DNA of 58,523 bases, filler included, from Sluysia triapertura (Eukaryota): the NCBI GenBank assembly GCA_046118255.1. It is 4 parts of 4 records of this genome, joined end to end, with 100 filler letters (N's around TTAATTAATTAA, not from the genome) between each part and the next. Parts side by side here need not be neighbours in the genome. Positions count along the whole stretch, not along the records: positions 46,144 to 58,523 come from JBJNIA010115196.1; 3 more parts are not named here. One strand, given 5' to 3'. Within the stretch, counting starts at the first letter, position 1. Every line of letters begins with the position of its first letter. A program made the position numbers and the translations under genes. Positions 51,940 through 58,523 of this stretch are shown here, in pieces. The notes beneath the pieces were generated by a model, which did not search any database, was not told the DNA's origin, and saw nothing but the letters and a program-made list of their open reading frames with translations.

Positions 51940-52580
51940 ACGTTAAACTAGCCAGATTATGGTCTAGTCTTATAAATCAATTAAGCTAGCCGGTTATGGT
52001 CTAGATTTTACGAAATTTAAACTTTAAACTAGCCTTTCTAAGGTCTAGTGAAACTACTGAAGAATTTAAATATAGTAGTAGAATATTAACAAGACGTAAC
52101 TACAATCTTTATTATATAAAACTTAAATAGTTGTTAAAACTACTAACAAAGCGTAAAAGTTCAATAAGTAAAAAATTCAATAAATATAATATCAATATTA
52201 ATTTTTTAAATCACTTAAGAATCAGTATCTTAATGGTTTTTTATTATTTTAAGTAAATAATTAAACAAGCCTTATCAAGGTCTTGCACAAATTAAAATAA
52301 TTTAGGTTTATTTTTAACTTTCCTTACCAGGTAAAGTTAATGACTTAACAATAAACGAATTACTTAAAACATGGACTGATTGAAGATTGATCGCTAATGA
52401 ACGAAAAAATTATGTTCGCTATGACTATTAAACTCCTATTTATATTATGTTTGCCATTTGGATATTTATTTTCATTGAAGAGATTAAACAAATCGTCCAA
52501 AAGAAATACAATATTTAGAATGGAAAATTTTCTGATAAGTTTTTAAATTAATATTTACATTTTTCTTACTTTTCTAAATT
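51940..52580 (-). repeat. Inverted homolog of 29070-29650
   Basis: CCTATTTATA at about 52435; hairpin units at 51947, 51985, 52028 and 52266. Confidence 0.7.
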
Positions 52581-54399
52581 ATTTATTTTGATTTAATATT
52601 CATAATATTTATATTTTTCGGATCAAATAAAGTTAAAAATAAATAATATAATCAAATAAAATAATAGAATTAAAAATAAATATTATTTACATATAATTTA
52701 CACAAATATTTATTATGTAACAACAAAATTAAAACATAATCAAAATGATTTATTCTCTTACAGTATTGAGTCATTATATAGTCACAAATTCCTTCATTGA
52801 TAATCCATAGCAACATCACTTTATAAACAATTTAAATGAATTCGTAATTCTTAACAAGGTTAATTTATTAATTTAATTTATATATAAGATTTTGATTTAT
52901 TATACTCCAGTTTTTTTCTCAAATTTTTTTAACATAGTACAGACTCTTACCTACTTATAAAAATTCCATACAGTTTTATTTGATCTAAATAAAACTGATT
53001 CTCGATGATTAATACATTACGTGCTATTTCATTCAAATGTGAATGACGGTAACATAGCATGACAATAAAAAATTAATTCATCTAAAATTAATAAAAATAT
53101 GAAATTAACTATGTCATACCTTTAACAAGAAATATTCTACAAATAAATACATCACCACGTGGCAATTTTGTCATATGTCACCGAGCAATGCTTGACACGC
53201 TATGTATTAAAAGATTTAATGTCATGCCTCTTTATTAATAACTAGTTGATAACCCTGAACTTTGCAATGGCTGAACTTGTTATTCATTTCATGACTATAA
53301 ATGGGTCATTGGATATGTGGTGTTACTTAAATTAAAATAGTATTTGAGCAATGGTATATCACATCTTTCTACTATCCAGTTTGCTTTACTTATGAAAACT
53401 ACCATTATTAGGAATTATTCTCCGAAGATTTCCTCAAACTATTCAAATTAAAGATCAAAGTGCTCGAATTAGAAATGGAAATCTGGAACTCAATCTATGA
53501 CACATAAATCTGATAAATTCCATTGATATTGTATCACAACATTTGTGTTGTTCAGGTTCAATAATTTTTAATGACATGAGGATTTTACTGCAAAATCAAT
53601 TACAAACTTCGTATTTATTACGTATTATATAAATTCAAAGCTCATTTTACCACCAATAATAACATTGTCATTTTTGAAAAACCATATAACTTTCACGTGC
53701 TATCCACAGATATCTTTTTACTCAGAATTTCAGAAATACATAAATAAAATATCAAAATTCTATCTTCCATCTTCATTGTAATAGAATGTTAACGATTTAT
53801 TTGCAAAATTACTTTCTTTAATTCATTATAGAAATGGTCGTTTTCGCAATTTCGTTTTATTTTAATGGAATTAAACTGTTTATTTACGAAACTTTCTGTC
53901 GTAATATCTGAAGATGTTTTATTTGAAAACTAACTTACATAGTATACGATTTATAGATTTATTTAGACTATAATATACGATTTATACTATTTTGGGAGAC
54001 CTATGTATATATGCTTATTCATTTTGTCTCTTTTTATTTATTCTCGTTATTGATGTTTTAGGATAAACATAAACATTTTTATTAAGTGTTTATTAACGCT
54101 TCTGTAAATTTATTTTTTTTGTCAGTTTATATATTTAAACAATTATAATTAGTATCAATCTAATTTATAATTATTCTTAACAACAAATTTTCCTTTTTAT
54201 AACCTATATTTCACGAAATTCTATGGTTAATTAACGGGTTAATTCTTCAGATGGTAGTATTCTGTCAATCTATTTCTCAAATTTACTTTTTTAAATCAAA
54301 TCTTCTGTAAATCTCCATAGGGTTATCTGATTGTCTCATTCATTTTTTTCTTTTTTATATATTCACTAATATAAACAATGAAAAGTATTTTATGATACA

Positions 54400-54745
54400 A
54401 ATTGTTATAAGTAATATACAATTAAAATGTTATAAAATGTACAATTATAATGGATGTAATTAAAAGATTTACAAATGTTCAATTATTTCCAATATACAAT
54501 TATAATGAATTTAATTCAAACGGATAATAATACTAAAATTAATAACAATAGTAATAACAACAATAGCTCAATACTAATCTGCATTATTAATAAATTTCAT
54601 TTATTAATTTTAATAAAATTTTATGACTAATGTAAGATATCCAAAATGAAAAAGGTTAATTAAGGAAAATGGCCTACGAATTAAATCAATTATCCGAAAA
54701 ATGCAATATTTTGTAATTCAGGACATAGAGAAGGCAGCCGAAACC
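54400..54745 (+). mobile_element. Possible gag remnant (Asn-rich segment plus decayed zinc knuckle)
   Basis: tgc aat att (t)tgt aat tca gga cat gives CNIC-NSGH after one frameshift. It lies close to the RNase H remnant but on the opposite strand. Confidence 0.3.
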
Positions 54746-55144
54746 AGTTTTCGTAATTTCAAGTATGGATGTGTCGAAGTCTTTTTGCGATGAATTCAAC
54801 CAGATGTAATGATTTAACACTATTTCAATTATTATTTACAAATTTTGAATTGATTTAATCTTTATGATCAAAATGATTCACTTAGTTTTCAAAGAACTGA
54901 GTTATAACTTAGATTTCCACCTACTCGTCGTAATTTATTGTTTTTGTTCTGAGCTTTATATCTTTTGCACTCTTACTTATATTAATGAGCGCTATACAGG
55001 CACATAATTTATTATTTTATTTATTATTAAGATTTTATTATTTTTCCTACTATAGTTTATACTTATTTCAGATATATTTACAAACTTTATTATTATTTTA
55101 TTACATATATTTATTAATTGTTATTACATAGTTAAATTGTGCCT

Positions 55145-55363
55145 TCACATGTCTAACGAAATGGGGATTCTTGACAGATTATCCTCAATTACAGAATCTT
55201 TATTAGGTATACGTTTGATCTGGAACCAATAATCTTTCAATCTTAATAACCACTTCTGGATATTCTTTAAGTCGTCAGACACTTCACATTTAATATCTTT
55301 GAATTTAACAGCACTTACCAATATTTTATTGGTTTTTACTTGTACTCCATAAAACCTCAACAT
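55145..55363 (-). mobile_element. Ty3/gypsy pol RNase H C-terminal remnant
   Basis: IQKWLLRLKDYWFQIKRIPNKDSVIEDNLSR resembles RW.L.LQ.YDF.I.YIPGK.NVVADALSR. Confidence 0.8.
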
Positions 55364-55430
55364 TATATTCAGTTTTAAAACATACTAATCATACACTAAT
55401 GAAATTTTTTAAGCTGATTCTAAAATGTTA

Positions 55431-55612
55431 TTAATTCTCTATGGGTCGAAGTTTTACTTAAATATAAAAAAATATTTATTTTGACATTTGATGGCGTTGA
55501 CAACCATCATCAAAATCATAATATCATCAAGACGTGTACATCATCTTGTAAAAAAATTAAAACTATTTGATAAAATATGACCTTAAAATTACGTGGGCCC
55601 ATAGAGAATTAA
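55431..55612. mobile_element. MITE with 15-bp perfect terminal inverted repeat including TTAA
   Basis: TTAATTCTCTATGGG ... CCCATAGAGAATTAA. Confidence 0.7.
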
Positions 55613-56529
55613 CATGTATAAAGAAAGTGTAAATCTACATTTCTTGGTTTAGTAATTTTAGTAAATTAAAATGGTATAATAATTTATGAAACTTTGTACT
55701 TATTATATTATCATAAATTTAATTTTTTCAAATTTCAGCTCGCTATATTATATTGGGGCAAACGCACACTCGAGAAATTATAGTTTTGAATTAATTATCA
55801 AAAAATGTGCTGTTTCTTATGAAAATAAAGAGAACGAATGAGTTATACAAAATATTTAGTTATCAAATATAAAATGACCGTTTTTTGTAACTAAAAACCT
55901 TATAATTATTCAATTAAGTAACGTTTTATATGAATTCAAAACTTATAATTATAAAATTAAATAATTTAAGAAATTGTATTTTATTACAAATCAAAAAGCG
56001 ATATATGTACTTTATAATTTTTATTTTTATTTTTATTTAATTATTTATTATAGTTTCGTAGATATACTTTTTGTACATAGAAAATCATCAGCATTCAGTA
56101 ACAGTAGGAGAAAACATAAAAATGACTTTAATTGGGCATGTTCTAAGGTACGAAAAGATAAAGCGACATTAAAAGTAATAGAGACAATAACTATTTAAGG
56201 TTGAATTTGAAAATTTATTCATTAATTCGAAAAGATTCGACACTTTTAGTGTATTTGAATTTAGAATTAGTAATGTAAAGCACATTAACTCATAAATTAA
56301 ACATCATTCAATTAATAAATTAAACATCATTAAACAGCATTCAATTTTAGTTTCAATAAACATTCTTAGTTATTCAATAAACATTAATCATTATTAAACA
56401 TAAATAGTTAAATATTTTATATTAATTCATTTATAATTCGAATATTTAAATATTTAAGTCTCTAATATGTTAAAAACATTAATCGGAAAATTATAATTTA
56501 AAGAATTTTTGTTTTGGAAAATTTAATCA

Positions 56530-57570
56530 AAATTTAATCATCATCGTCTTCCAGGTTAGAATTTTATTATTTTGATTATAGAATTTTATTATTTTGATTA
56601 ATATTATATTATTAAAATTAATAGAAAAATTATAAATATTAGATCTAAATTACTAAAATCGTTAATATTATTAAAATTAATATTAGATTAGATTTAAAAA
56701 TTGTAAATATTAAATTATTTTTATTTGTTTTAATTTCCAAGGACATTGCAAATAAGTATAAATAGACCTTACATTAGCTTACACTTCACAACAATAATTT
56801 TTATTTTCTAAGTTTGTCAAATTTGCGATATTTTTGCCAAGTTCACAATATTCTTCTAAGTGCACCAAGATCAGTTCTTCAATCCTTCATCGCTGTGGAA
56901 ACAATTTTACAATTCTTCAGAATTTTCTATTGTCGTTAGTTTTTAGTTATAAGTTTGACGCAATTTTTAAGATTGCCTGTATAAAATCAACTTAAATTAT
57001 ATTTTAATTAACTGGCTATCCTTTATAGATAGCAGAGAAAAATCATATTTTAAACTTATATTGAGATTATTAATAGAATAATCTTCTGTAAAATATAATT
57101 TTTATTTTTCTCATACCATTTATATCAAATTTATATAATTTTTATACCATTTTGTATTGAATTTATATAATACCATTTGTATTAAATTTTATATTAATAA
57201 AACTTCTTTGTTTAACTATTTGTGTCTATTGATCAGGTTCCTTTGAGAATCTAAGTAAAATCTTTAACAGGTTCATTTACACTGAACCTTAGTAAACTAT
57301 CTAATTTTTTGAAAAAAGGTTTGTATATTCAAACCTAAGAAAAATCATTTTTATTATTTTTTAAAAAATTCTTAAAATCATTATTAAAATCATAAATTGC
57401 CTCTTAAAATATTGAATTTATTAAACTATTAAATTATTAAATTACTAACCTCCATTTTTTAAACTAAAAAATCCAACGGTTGGCCATTAGGTTAGTAAGC
57501 CCAATACGTTGATGGACTCACATAAGTTTTTAAGTTTTATTCGCATACTCACACACAAATCTTGCAGTAT
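56530..57570 (-). repeat. Inverted homolog of 22330-23260
   Basis: Same blocks in reverse-complement order. Confidence 0.75.
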
Positions 57571-58523
57571 CATAGGCATTATATTGATGATCATTGCACT
57601 CTATTATAAAACTAATTTATACAAACTGAACACCCAATATAAAGCTAGTCATTTAGAAGCATCTGTGAGCTTATCCTGACTAGAACAACCTTGTTTACAC
57701 ATGATGACTCGACTTAAAATTTCTAAACAGAAAACCCTGAACACCAGTACTCGATAGAAGTCATTTTTAATAGACTATAAATCAACACATCACAATCATA
57801 AACACATTTCATTGATTTTAAGTTAATTGGTGGTTATTTTAAAGAAAAAAATAATGAAATAATAACTAATAAGTTGAATCTTTTTAATTGTAAAGAGAAA
57901 ATCATCCTAAAAGTAGATTAAAACTGAATTATTGGCATAAATAATTTCCGTAGTATGATTCCACTTAAACTATTATTACAGTTTGTAATCGATTAAAATT
58001 TTCTTACAAATCGTTACTCATTAAACTGTATTATTTAAATTAAACTGATGCCAGTATGTGTACTATTCATCAGCCAATCAAAATTGATTTGTTTGTTTTC
58101 AAAAATTAACTGTTATTTTTTTTATTTTTTAATAATAAATTCAAAACTTTAATAATAAAAAATTTTAACAATAAATTATAAATAAAATTTTATATATTCG
58201 AAAGTTTGGGATAGCTTTTTTAACAAGATATGTAAATTACGTTTTTTAATGTTTAAAGTGAACAATAATTTACAAAATCGATAATAAACTATTTCAAAGA
58301 TATAATAATAAATAATAATGTAATATGTAGATAAACAATGACTAATAATATAATAAAATTATTATTATTATGTTTCTATTTAAGTTAAATAATATTAAAT
58401 TGCTATTTAAATAATCACTACGTATAAGGATTAACTTTATTAAATATATGGATATTATTATTATAATTATTATTATTATTATTTTAAATTAGAACAACTA
58501 ATTGATTTATTGGTAAAACTAAT

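Noticed and set aside
51947-52049. Palindromic ~22-bp units with ~40-bp period, superficially CRISPR-like (also 29538-29644)
   Set aside because: Eukaryotic context, only three degenerate units, spacers too short and no cas genes. Reported as a hairpin array instead.
56081-56170. Exon-like segment reading KMTLIGHVLR, similar to the GHVLR motif of RTE/L2 LINE C-termini
   Set aside because: One short motif only; cannot distinguish exon, LINE scrap or chance.
57481-57515. TAAGCCCAATACGTTGAT resembling part of a pistol/twister ribozyme
   Set aside because: The required stems and pseudoknot partners are absent. I also found no complete hammerhead core (CTGATGA...GAAA with stems) at the CTGATGA sites inspected.

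Overview
This is a very AT-rich (roughly 75-80% by eye) eukaryotic, intron-containing sequence. It looks like a flatworm/planarian-type genome, which is an inference from composition, (AAT)n microsatellites and short introns. The window is four contigs joined by artificial 100-nt spacers (44 N + TTAATTAATTAA + 44 N), so nothing should be linked across 13761-13860, 30037-30136 or 46044-46143. Two host genes are recognisable from spliced exons: an ENTPD5/6-like apyrase (+, about 32.5-33.8 kb) and the 3' end of flotillin-1 (-, about 47.9-48.2 kb). Most of the rest is decayed mobile DNA: gypsy-type gag/protease/RNase H/integrase fragments, a dispersed TGTAGTGGCCAAC-initiated LTR-like repeat, TTAA-flanked MITEs, a tRNA-derived repeat and long dispersed repeats. 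The most unusual content is: (i) two clusters of compact, intronless, decaying genes carrying regulatory domains, namely a Dbx-like homeobox and a Max-like bHLH-Zip apparently fused to a ZFP36-type CCCH finger next to a retropepsin, which suggests mobile elements carrying transcription-factor cargo; (ii) a conserved ~50-nt pseudoknot-forming motif in three repeat copies that would pair a GTGAGT 5' splice-site consensus with a U1-like RCTTAC sequence; (iii) a conserved array of bulged hairpins downstream of a TATA box in two repeat copies. No database searches were run; all family assignments come from motif recall.
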